Shown: positions 27,895 through 40,152 of the stretch, one piece after another
Numbering within the stretch: position 1 is the first letter of the stretch
How the letters are laid out: each line of letters begins with the position of its first letter
Assembly: GCA_964016885.1 (NCBI GenBank)
Contig: OZ024756.1
Coordinates: 25,358,001-25,422,000 of the forward strand
Direction of reading: 5' to 3'
DNA length: 64,000 nt
Origin: Eledone cirrhosa
Taxonomy: Eukaryota
Position numbers and translations under genes: made by a program
The notes under the pieces: model-generated
What the model was told of the DNA's origin: nothing
The model's input: the letters and a program-made list of their open reading frames with translations, nothing else
The model's database searches: none

Positions 27895-30095
27895 ATCTAC
27901 TGTATCAGAGCTTCTGTAGATTATTTCATGACTAGGGAACTTGTTGACCATGAACTCATTCACCAATCTTCCTGCATCATTTGTTGGAGTGATAATGGCT
28001 CTATTTGCAAGCCATGGTGGGTTTATGTAGTTTCCTGGAAGATATGTATACACAAAATCACACAGTCCAGACACATTACCATATTCCAGACAAAGTTCAT
28101 TTGGCAGAAGAATTGTGAATGCACCTACAGTTGGAACAGTTGGAATGTTACCATTTCCCACATCAAGAAGGTAGTTTGCAAACTGTCTTTCATCAGAATC
28201 CTCTGCATTAATTAACCGTTGATTGGTTGTCATCTCCATGGTTTCTACATAGTCCCAGAGATAGGATCTCTTGATGGTTGCCTCAACTATTTGTGGTCTA
28301 GCACCATGACGTACAACTGGAAGAATTTTCTTCCAGTCACCAGATTGTAATACTGTTAGACCACCAAATGGCTTTTTGCAATCTCGAACATCTTTGAAGC
28401 TCCTGTCAAGGCATTCAAAGATATGCTTATGTCCCATACCTATCTCATGAATGATTAGCAGGTCAGCTTGCTGCATATGTTTACTTGTGTCATCCCTCTT
28501 TGTGAAGAAGCAAGTTGATTCAGCAGTCACATTGAGAGGAATCTTGCACTTGGAATGAAGAGTTCTACCTTTGTGAAGCAAAGTGGCTGCTATTCCAGAT
28601 ATGGCAGCGGCAAGTGAAATTTTTTTTTTAGATCGGAGGTAATCCAATAGGATGTTTATGACATAGGTCTTTCCTGCACCTGCACTTGCATTCAAGCAGA
28701 AAATTCTGCCTTCATTTTCATTTACAGAGGTGATTACTTTGTGAAAAATAACCAGTTGCTCAGGATTCAATGTTGGCAGAAGTTCATTTATATTTGCTTG
28801 CAGTTGGTGTGTATTGAAACCAGTTTCTGCCACACGAACCCTGTTGATTTCTGGTATGGCAACAATAGTTGGGTCTGGCCGAGGCAGTCCATAGTTGGTA
28901 TGAATGTTCAAGCCATCATGTTGAAGTCTTTGTTGGATCTTCTGTAGAACAATCTGCTCGGTTTGCATGGACATGACTTGCTCACGACGTTCATGCATGA
29001 TATCCTCTGCAAGACAATTCTTCCATTTCTCCCAGAACTGCAGAGGGTCATTTGGAATGCAGTACAATAAAATGGTGCAGAAGATCTCTCGCAGCTGAGA
29101 ACCAAGCGTATGGATGAGGCCTCTTCCATAGCTTTGTCTTTTTCTCCATCTTCATCTAACAGACCAAGTTTCCTGCATGCTTCTTGGAATGTTGGAAATT
29201 CAACTCCTTCAATTGTCCTCAAATCTGTGTATGAAGTTGACCCAACCTTGTGATGTAGGATCATTCTGAGGTAATGTAATTCAGATTGATGTCTACTGGA
29301 ATGCGTCTAAGAGATTCACCCATAAATTGTTGATCACCATCCAGATGTCCCTTTTTTCTTCTTTGCCACTTTTTGTTTGTCCAAGTGAAATATTTAGGAA
29401 TATCAATATACAATATGTTTGTGCCAGTGGATCTCTAATATTCAGTTGAAAATATTCCGTCAACTTAGTCATTGGTTGTCCTCTATAAACAACACTTTCT
29501 TCCTGCCCTCGCTCAGACACGACCATTTGTTTCCCAGGTAAATGGCAAGGCAACTTTTCAACTGGCGGTTTTCGATGATGTAATGGAAATTTATAGATTC
29601 TCCAGTATGCTTCACTGGCTGAGGTGTACCGCGGATTGATATAGGTCTCAATCTCATTTTGGGCATGGACACAATTTCCTTGATCATCCTTAATAGTGAA
29701 AGTTATCTTTTCTGATCCTTTTGTGATGTACTTATATAAGTACTTAACAGCCTTGACACTGTGGACAACCTCACAATTGATGTGGCACTGATATCTCAAT
29801 GAGAGAAAAGGGTTGTATGGAACAATCCAACGATTATCAACAGTAAATTCTTGACCTTTAAGTTGTCTCTCCCTTCTTCTATACTCGGGAAAGGAATTTT
29901 CGGCAACAAATGTGGTTTGTCTGAATGCATTGGGATAACGTTTTGAGCAATGGCGTTGTTGTCCTAGCCCTTCCATACATGAGCACATCATATTAGCTTG
30001 TCCACATTAGCCATGAATGTTGCAGGATGTGATGATCGTATGCAGAATTGGATTGGTCTCTTTATCAGGAATCTCACAGTACACTACCTGATCAA

Positions 30096-30100
<5 letters not shown>
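27895..30100 (-). pseudogene. Helitron RepHel fragment (end of the Rep region plus PIF1-family helicase), frameshifted and truncated
   Basis: EIPDKETNPILH...IHG*CG; VDNRWIVPYNPFLSLRYQCHINCEV; KYLYKYITKG; EIETYINPRYTSASEAYWRI; TFQEACRKLGLL; Walker A ASAGAGKT; GRTLHS; IIHEIGM (decayed Walker B); PFGGLTVLQSGDWKKILPVV; LLDVGNG. Split over ORFs 29293..29991, 28908..29264 and 27820..29067. Confidence 0.93.
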
Positions 30101-30127
<27 letters not shown>

Positions 30128-30132
30128 CTTTT

Positions 30133-30209
<77 letters not shown>

Positions 30210-30485
30210 AAAGCATGTCCATAGAATCATTTGATAATATATATACATAATTTCTTCTCAAAATTAGCATAATTAACCACACAAAAAATCAATTAAACCA
30301 GGCTATAAGATTAAAAGGCACCTATGAAGAAACAGTAAATAAATACGCCACAGCGGCGTCTTCGCGGCCAACCGCTATAGAATATTTACCCAACATTTCA
30401 ACAGCACGTGGAAATTAATTAAATGTACGGTCAACCATACACAATTAGGTATAAAATTAAAGTTAGAAATGCTTATATACATACC

Positions 30486-30602
<117 letters not shown>

Positions 30603-30944
30603 GAGTGTAGAGAAGTGACACACGAATTGATATATATATTTTTAAAAAATAGTAAAAAAGAAAAAACAGTAGAAAAATGGTAAAGGAATTTTTTTCTCAT
30701 TTCTCAGAATAACATAAAAACATTTATTTACAAAATAGGAATTTCCACATTAATGTACCGGTTTCAGCTTGTGGGCTTCTTCACACGACGGAAGTGTATA
30801 ATGCAATTAAATTGCATATTAATAAGAATAATAAGAATATGGGTAAAATATTGTTTTTACATACAAATATAAAAACAGAAAAATTCACATTTTTGTCTGT
30901 GGTTTTCTTTCTCTCTTAGCTAAGATCAACACTATATATATATG

Positions 30945-30994
<50 letters not shown>

Positions 30995-31463
30995 GGGTAA
31001 AGACCCTCTTCGGTCACGAATGGCCATGGGATTTACACTTGTCGACCATGCATATCTGTTCTCCTCTCTCCATGCCACCTACTGAAATAGCTGCAACATG
31101 ATCACAATTTAAAATATTTATAGTGAAATATGTGTTTATTGTACATTTCTCACGAAAAAGGAAAGCGAGAGACAAGTAGAGTGATACACTGGCTTGAAAA
31201 CAATATGTGCGTTAGTAAGTTAAATTTCTTCCTGAAATTCCAACATTTCGACCAACAACCAAAATTCCAAACATATGTTGATAATCTTAAAATTCAACAA
31301 CCAGGCTTATCCGTTTGTATTTCCTGCATAATTGTGTCTGCATGTTATCATTAGTGTTTTAGGCTGTTTACCAACATTTATATCTGATTCTGTATATGCG
31401 TAATGTGTTAATTTGTGTGTACATGTATGTGCATGAGTGGAGCAGAAATATGACAATTATTCA

Positions 31464-31602
31464 TAGTTACGTCCCTTTACGATCTGAGTTCAAATCCCGC
31501 CGAGGTTGATTTTTGCCTTTCATCCTTACGGGGTCGATAAAATAAAGTACCAGTAATGCACTGGATAATTGCTGGCCTTGTGCCTAAAGTAGAAACAATT
31601 AT
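31464..31602 (+). mobile_element. 5'-truncated family-1 SINE
   Basis: B box, core and tail present. Confidence 0.85.
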
Positions 31603-31874
31603 TAAATGGAACTCCTCTGGGATTGTACCGGTAGTGGTTATCTGTTATATAAATACATATATACATCTACATCTGTGTGTGGGGGGGGGTGAAGGCGCGA
31701 TGCTTAATGGTTTGAGCGTTGAGCTCACATTCATAAGGTTGTGAGTTCGAATCCTGGACGGGTTGATGCATTGTGTTCTTGAGGACGCGTTGTAGATACA
31801 GAGCTTCCTCTTCTGGGAGATAGATGTATTGTATAAATGTACAAAATATTATGTGTTTCTCAAATGATATATGA

Positions 31875-31956
<82 letters not shown>

Positions 31957-32139
31957 CTGCTGTATTAGTGCGGCAGAAACTCGAGTCCGGGAACCTTATA
32001 GGCACCCGTTTTACGTGTGTTGTGTTGAAGCAAATAACTTTGTGCATACTCTGGTAATGTATCTTACATTGCTCATGGAGTGCGCTAAGATACAACCGGT
32101 ACTGGCATTGATAAATATGCTGGGTCCGTCGACCCTTAT

Positions 32140-32906
<767 letters not shown>

Positions 32907-33014
32907 TATATTAAAATTTGAATTAATGATTCTCTGAACTAAGGTCCATGGAGTTTATTTAATGAGAAACATGGTCATCATACATATTAAATATGTTTTG
33001 ATACCTTAACATTG

Positions 33015-33072
<58 letters not shown>

Positions 33073-33073
<1 letters not shown>

Positions 33074-33395
33074 GAACGAGAGTGCAAGAGAAGGAGAGGG
33101 AGAAAATTAACCGATACCAGGACCTAAAGTGGGAGGTGAAAAGGATTTGGAACTGCCATGAAGTCAAAGTGATCCCGATTGTCATAGGCGCACTGGGGAC
33201 TATCTCCAAAAGTTTCCAGGGATGGTTAAAGAAAATCGGCCCCTTCACGCTTTTTGGAACGCTTCAAAAGGCATGCTTGCTTGGAACAGCAAGAACCCTC
33301 CGATACGTCCTGAATATCTGAGGCTGCAGGTAGTGGCTTGATATTCAATCCAACGGACTTTCCAGTTAACCAACATCAATGACTGAGATTCAAGG
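33073..33395 (+). mobile_element. 5'-truncated R4/Dong-type non-LTR retrotransposon 3' end, copy 1
   Basis: QEKEREKINRYQDLKWEVKRIW...VIPIVIGALGTI...LQKACLLGTARTLRYVLNI*; embedded in (TAA)n. Confidence 0.85.
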
Positions 33396-33404
33396 AATAA
33401 CAAC

Positions 33405-33455
<51 letters not shown>

Positions 33456-33457
<2 letters not shown>

Positions 33458-33980
33458 TCCACTGGCACCTATGCAAAGTAAACAATTTACCACATTCTGA
33501 GAAGTGGTATGAGCATAAGCCAGAGTCGGTGATAGAAAACGATCAGGTGAAGGTGCTGTGGGATTTTAGGATACAGACGGACAAGAAACTGGAACACAAT
33601 AGACCTGACCTGGTGGTTTTGGACAAGGAAAAAAGATCGTGCCTGATTGTGGATGTGGCCTGCCCATTCGACACGAGAGTGCAAGAGAAGGATAGGGAGA
33701 AAATTAACCGATACCAGGACTTAAAGAGGGAGGTAAAAAGGATTTGGAACTGCCATGAAGTCAAAGTGGTCCCGATTGTCATAGGCGCACTAGGTACTAT
33801 CTCAAAAAGTTTCCAGGGATGGTTAAAGCTACGCTTTTTGGAACGCTTCAAAAGGCATGCTTGATGGGAACAGCAAGAACCCTCCGATACGTCCTGAATA
33901 TCTGAGGCTGCAGGTAGTGGCTTGATATTCATTTCAACAAACTTTCCAGTTAACTAACATCAATGACTGAGACTCAAAGA
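33456..33980 (+). mobile_element. 5'-truncated R4/Dong-type non-LTR retrotransposon 3' end with restriction-like endonuclease domain, copy 2
   Basis: HWHLCK...KWYEHKPESVIEN...VLWDFRIQTDK..HNRPDLVV...IVDVACPFD...EKINRYQDL (PD..D REL motif); (TAA)n on both sides. Confidence 0.9.
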
Positions 33981-34165
33981 ACAATAATAATAATAATAAT
34001 AATAATGATAATAATAATAATAGTAATAATAATAAATTTGAAGACTAAAATCCAAAGTGCGCTCGATAAGGATAAATATATATCAAATATATAAGAACCG
34101 TAGAGTTTCAGAAGATCCAGTTAAGGGTGAAAGCAGCGATTCTTTGCTTAAACTTTAATCTGTTA

Positions 34166-34277
<112 letters not shown>

Positions 34278-34415
34278 AAGGTTAAACAAGGTTCAATGAA
34301 TAAATCAAAGAATGGGTTTTACAATAGATTGGAAGCACTCAACAGTAATGGTTTTCCGGAGTTATTAATATTAATTCGAAATATTAACAAAAATAGACAT
34401 TCGTGTGATCAAGTA

Positions 34416-34482
34416 TATTTTATTATACATATTTCAGAGGTACTGAGGTAACTTCAACAGTACGTCCTCATCAGATAAAATA
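34416..34482 (-). ncRNA. Type I hammerhead ribozyme inside a short TA-inserted element (about 34275-34600)
   Basis: Minus strand: TATTTTAT CTGATGA GGACGTACTG..CAGTACCTCT GAAA TATGTA TA ATAAAATA; perfect 8-bp stem I, intact core, paired stem II. Confidence 0.75.
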
Positions 34483-34612
34483 AGATGATGCATGACATAC
34501 CCTGACATAGTCATGGTAGTGACTACCATGACTGAATCTTAACCATCTACTTGATCACACGAATGTCTATTTTTGTTAATATTTCGAATTAATATTATAT
34601 ATATATATATAT

Positions 34613-34719
34613 ATAGGAACAAGTATGACCCCGACGGCAGAGCTCAAGCCGTTTCGACGGCTATTTCTGGACTATTTCTGCGTTATGGTCCATCTGGTTC
34701 CTTACCACAATTCCTTCGT

Positions 34720-34721
<2 letters not shown>
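34613..34721 (+). mobile_element. Internally deleted family-F element directly left of the 310-bp array
   Basis: Left arm GACCCCGACGGCAGAGCTCAAGCCGTTTCGACGG joined to tail TGCGTTATGGTCCATCTGGTTCCTTACCAC. Confidence 0.75.
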
Positions 34722-34750
<29 letters not shown>

Positions 34751-34907
34751 TGGAATAAATGCTCTGAAATAGCGATATATATATGAATATAGACATAGAA
34801 TATTCGAAAATATTCTGTATGTTTATAATAAACATTTTGAAGACCTAATCGCTATAGAATAGAATACGTCACGTATTACAATTAGATTCTCGATAAAAGC
34901 AAGGGAA

Positions 34908-34950
34908 GTAATCTACGCGTTTCATTCTTGTTAGAATTCATCAGGACTAC
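34908..34950 (-). ncRNA. Type I hammerhead ribozyme, first of 8 minus-strand copies (period 310)
   Basis: Reverse complement reads GTAGTC CTGATGA ATTCT-AACA-AGAAT GAAA CGCG TA GATTAC. Confidence 0.85.
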
Positions 34951-37156
34951 ATATCCAGTGCTTTTATCGAGAATGACACAGCTAGAGACTTATAGAATAC
35001 TTAGCTGTGTACAGGAACTGGTTTGAAAGAGCGGTTGCCGGTCCGGCAGAAATTAGAAATTGGAATAAATGCTCTGAAATAGCGATATATATATGAATAT
35101 AGACATAGAATATTCGAAAATATTCTGTATGTTTATAATAAACATTTTGAAGACCTAATCGCTATAGAATAGAATACGTCACGTATTACAATTAGATTCT
35201 CGATAAAAGCAAGGGAAGTAATCTACGCGTTTCATTCTTGTTAGAATTCATCAGGACTACATATCCAGTGCTTTTATCGAGAATGACACAGCTAGAGACT
35301 TATAGAATACTTAGCTGTGTACAGGAACTGGTTTGAAAGAGCGGTTGCCGGTCCGGCAGAAATTAGAAATTGGAATAAATGCTCTGAAATAGCGATATAT
35401 ATATGAATATAGACATAGAATATTCGAAAATATTCTGTATGTTTATAATAAACATTTTGAAGACCTAATCGCTATAGAATAGAATACGTCACGTATTACA
35501 ATTAGATTCTCGATAAAAGCAAGGGAAGTAATCTACGCGTTTCATTCTTGTTAGAATTCATCAGGACTACATATCCAGTGCTTTTATCGAGAATGACACA
35601 GCTAGAGACTTATAGAATACTTAGCTGTGTACAGGAACTGGTTTGAAAGAGCGGTTGCCGGTCCGGCAGAAATTAGAAATTGGAATAAATGCTCTGAAAT
35701 AGCGATATATATATGAATATAGACATAGAATATTCGAAAATATTCTGTATGTTTATAATAAACATTTTGAAGACCTAATCGCTATAGAATAGAATACGTC
35801 ACGTATTACAATTAGATTCTCGATAAAAGCAAGGGAAGTAATCTACGCGTTTCATTCTTGTTAGAATTCATCAGGACTACATATCCAGTGCTTTTATCGA
35901 GAATGACACAGCTAGAGACTTATAGAATACTTAGCTGTGTACAGGAACTGGTTTGAAAGAGCGGTTGCCGGTCCGGCAGAAATTAGAAATTGGAATAAAT
36001 GCTCTGAAATAGCGATATATATATGAATATAGACATAGAATATTCGAAAATATTCTGTATGTTTATAATAAACATTTTGAAGACCTAATCGCTATAGAAT
36101 AGAATACGTCACGTATTACAATTAGATTCTCGATAAAAGCAAGGGAAGTAATCTACGCGTTTCATTCTTGTTAGAATTCATCAGGACTACATATCCAGTG
36201 CTTTTATCGAGAATGACACAGCTAGAGACTTATAGAATACTTAGCTGTGTACAGGAACTGGTTTGAAAGAGCGGTTGCCGGTCCGGCAGAAATTAGAAAT
36301 TGGAATAAATGCTCTGAAATAGCGATATATATATGAATATAGACATAGAATATTCGAAAATATTCTGTATGTTTATAATAAACATTTTGAAGACCTAATC
36401 GCTATAGAATAGAATACGTCACGTATTACAATTAGATTCTCGATAAAAGCAAGGGAAGTAATCTACGCGTTTCATTCTTGTTAGAATTCATCAGGACTAC
36501 ATATCCAGTGCTTTTATCGAGAATGACACAGCTAGAGACTTATAGAATACTTAGCTGTGTACAGGAACTGGTTTGAAAGAGCGGTTGCCGGTCCGGCAGA
36601 AATTAGAAATTGGAATAAATGCTCTGAAATAGCGATATATATATGAATATAGACATAGAATATTCGAAAATATTCTGTATGTTTATAATAAACATTTTGA
36701 AGACCTAATCGCTATAGAATAGAATACGTCACGTATTACAATTAGATTCTCGATAAAAGCAAGGGAAGTAATCTACGCGTTTCATTCTTGTTAGAATTCA
36801 TCAGGACTACATATCCAGTGCTTTTATCGAGAATGACACAGCTAGAGACTTATAGAATACTTAGCTGTGTACAGGAACTGGTTTGAAAGAGCGGTTGCCG
36901 GTCCGGCAGAAATTAGAAATTGGAATAAATGCTCTGAAATAGCGATATATATATGAATATAGACATAGAATATTCGAAAATATTCTGTATGTTTATAATA
37001 AACATTTTGAAGACCTAATCGCTATAGAATAGAATACGTCACGTATTACAATTAGATTCTCGATAAAAGCAAGGGAAGTAATCTACGCGTTTCATTCTTG
37101 TTAGAATTCATCAGGACTACATATCCAGTGTCATTCTCGATAAAAGCACTGGATAT

Positions 37157-37199
37157 GTAGTCCTGATGAATTCTAACAAGAATGAAACGCGTAGATTAC
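37157..37199 (+). ncRNA. Type I hammerhead ribozyme, first of 4 plus-strand copies (also at 37467, 37777 and 38087)
   Basis: Stem I GTAGTC/GATTAC, core CTGATGA 37163-37169, stem II ATTCT/AGAAT, GAAA 37184-37187, palindromic stem III ACGCGT, predicted cleavage after GUA at 37193; stem I extends by a perfect 16-bp helix 37133-37148/37206-37221. Confidence 0.88.
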
Positions 37200-38249
37200 T
37201 TCCCTTGCTTTTATCGAGAATCTAATTGTAATACGTGACGTATTCTATTCTATAGCGATTAGGTCTTCAAAATGTTTATTATAAACATACAGAATATTTT
37301 CGAATATTCTATGTCTATATTCATATATATATCGCTATTTCAGAGCATTTATTCCAATTTCTAATTTCTGCCGGACCGGCAACCGCTCTTTCAAACCAGT
37401 TCCTGTACACAGCTAAGTATTCTATAAGTCTCTAGCTGTGTCATTCTCGATAAAAGCACTGGATATGTAGTCCTGATGAATTCTAACAAGAATGAAACGC
37501 GTAGATTACTTCCCTTGCTTTTATCGAGAATCTAATTGTAATACGTGACGTATTCTATTCTATAGCGATTAGGTCTTCAAAATGTTTATTATAAACATAC
37601 AGAATATTTTCGAATATTCTATGTCTATATTCATATATATATCGCTATTTCAGAGCATTTATTCCAATTTCTAATTTCTGCCGGACCGGCAACCGCTCTT
37701 TCAAACCAGTTCCTGTACACAGCTAAGTATTCTATAAGTCTCTAGCTGTGTCATTCTCGATAAAAGCACTGGATATGTAGTCCTGATGAATTCTAACAAG
37801 AATGAAACGCGTAGATTACTTCCCTTGCTTTTATCGAGAATCTAATTGTAATACGTGACGTATTCTATTCTATAGCGATTAGGTCTTCAAAATGTTTATT
37901 ATAAACATACAGAATATTTTCGAATATTCTATGTCTATATTCATATATATATCGCTATTTCAGAGCATTTATTCCAATTTCTAATTTCTGCCGGACCGGC
38001 AACCGCTCTTTCAAACCAGTTCCTGTACACAGCTAAGTATTCTATAAGTCTCTAGCTGTGTCATTCTCGATAAAAGCACTGGATATGTAGTCCTGATGAA
38101 TTCTAACAAGAATGAAACGCGTAGATTACTTCCCTTGCTTTTATCGAGAATCTAATTGTAATACGTGACGTATTCTATTCTATAGCGATTAGGTCTTCAA
38201 AATGTTTATTATAAACATACAGAATATTTTCGAATATTCTATGTCTATA

Positions 38250-38290
<41 letters not shown>

Positions 38291-38359
38291 GAAAGGTATA
38301 GAAAGTATTGTAGCAAGAAGCCAACAGTATTCCATAATATATATATATATATAACGAAG

Positions 38360-38408
<49 letters not shown>

Positions 38409-38501
38409 GTGTGTGTGCGTGTATGTATGTGTGTGCGTGTGTGTGTGCGTGTGTGTGTGTATGCGTGTGTGTGTGTGTATATATGTGTGTGTGTGTGTGT
38501 G

Positions 38502-38545
<44 letters not shown>

Positions 38546-39105
38546 ATTGGTGACCGAGGAAGTAAACATCTGTCAATGATTGATAGCAGAAAGAAAGAAT
38601 TTGAAAAAGAATACTTACTACGTGCCGGCATTAAGATATAACAAGACATTCTCAAGTATGTTTCAATACAGAGTATTGTTTAGACTGTAATACGTGGTTT
38701 TATTATAGTAAATTAATATACATATGTTAATAAAAGTATCAATAAATAAATTACATAAACAAAATGGATTAAAATAATTAACAAGAAAAGAGAAAAAAGT
38801 AAGGAGAAAGAGAAATTAAAGGAAAAAATGGAGGATCAAGGGAGAGGGAAAATTCTACAACCTTGGGTGGGTCGGTATATAGATTTGAATTAAACTATGT
38901 TTATATGAGTAAATGTAACTTCATATAACTGTGTGTGTAGTCTATATGTGTAGGCATGTATGTACATCAGAAGGTATGCAATTATACACATATATTTATA
39001 TATATATGTGTGCGTGCGTGCGAGTGTGTGCGTGTGAGTGTGAATGTATACATATACACATAAATACACATATATATAAACATATAAATATATATATGTA
39101 CAAAT

Positions 39106-39170
<65 letters not shown>

Positions 39171-39193
39171 TGTGTGTGTGTGTGTGATGTGAG

Positions 39194-39225
<32 letters not shown>

Positions 39226-39582
39226 CCATTTAAGTTAGTTTGATTACCAATGGGTCCTGGTTGGTAAACCATGATGTAACAAATCAAACAAAGCGTCATG
39301 CAAGGCATTCATTGTAGATGTGGTACCCAGTGGTTGGTGTAGGAACGGAATAAAGTATTTATTAAACAACAGCGGAAGGCCGGACTGGAATATTTGCTTT
39401 AGAATCTTAATTCCATGAAATCATTATACACATTTAGATGGCCCAGCTACGTCATCCAACTATGATGTAAGACATGCAATCTCCTCAGGCGACATTTTCA
39501 ATATTCAATTTTCCATTTTCTTTTCCCTATCTTCCATTATATGTTTGGATTCAACGTAAACATGTTAAGAGATTCTGTGGAT

Positions 39583-39657
39583 GTCACCTGAGGAGATCGC
39601 CCTGTCTTGCGTCATAATTGGATGATGGAGCTAGGCCATCGAAATGTGTATAGTGAT
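39583..39657 (+). ncRNA. Hammerhead ribozyme motif with a long stem II, in one arm of inverted repeat 39360-39712
   Basis: GTCAC CTGAGGA GATCGCC...GGCCATC GAAA TGTGTA TA GTGAT; mutated inverted copy at about 39418-39496. Confidence 0.6.
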
Positions 39658-40104
39658 TTCATAGAATTAAAATTCTAAAGCAAACTTTCCAGCCTTCTGT
39701 TGATGTTTAATATATATATATATAGAAGTGGTTACACAACAGTTAGTTCACCAAACCGAGATAACTGCTAAAGTCCGGAAAGTTTTTAGGTTGAAAATAA
39801 AATTTAAAAAATTAAAAATAAAATTACAAAGAATCAGTCCGGAGCCTTGTAGTTATGCAATAGATGTTTGGTGACGTGTGGACAACGTGTGAAAAATTCA
39901 CTTCTCGTGTTTAGGCAATCACTATTGCGTAATCTCTTTAGGACGAATTTTTTTTATTTTATTTTCAACCTAAAAACTTTCCGGACTTTCGCAGTTATCT
40001 CCCTTACACCTCCCGCACGCAGTCTAGTATTGCCTGTGTGAAGTGACCGAGTTTCTGCGCATGCGCGTTCGTACGGTTGTCCTTCCTGTTCCTATAACCA
40101 TACA

Positions 40105-40152
40105 CATCCCGAGCTGAAGATCCGCGAAGGTGAAACAATTGTTCTCGGTATG
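40105..40152 (+). ncRNA. Minimal type I hammerhead ribozyme in TA-inserted element 39723-40246
   Basis: CATCCCGAG CTGAAGA TCCGCGAAGGT GAAA CAATTG TT CTCGGTATG; palindromic stem III ACAATTGT. Confidence 0.7.

Larger units (their letters stand above)
34747..38256. mobile_element. 310-bp hammerhead-containing tandem array (retrozyme-like): about 7.7 units plus about 3.6 inverted units, in (TA)n
   Basis: TGGAATAAAT at 34751, 35061, 35371, 35681, 35991, 36301, 36611 and 36921; orientation switches at about 37130; no differences seen between units. Confidence 0.9.

Noticed and set aside
30340-30380. ACGCCACAGCGGCGT hairpin followed by CTATAG as the end of the RepHel Helitron
   Set aside because: Wrong strand and side for the minus-strand RepHel, and the terminus is not CTRR; could belong to another element
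34747-38256. CRISPR array or ordinary satellite interpretation of the 310-bp repeat
   Set aside because: Units are identical with no variable spacers, there are no cas genes and the context is eukaryotic; the ribozyme core and TA-embedded ends argue against a plain satellite
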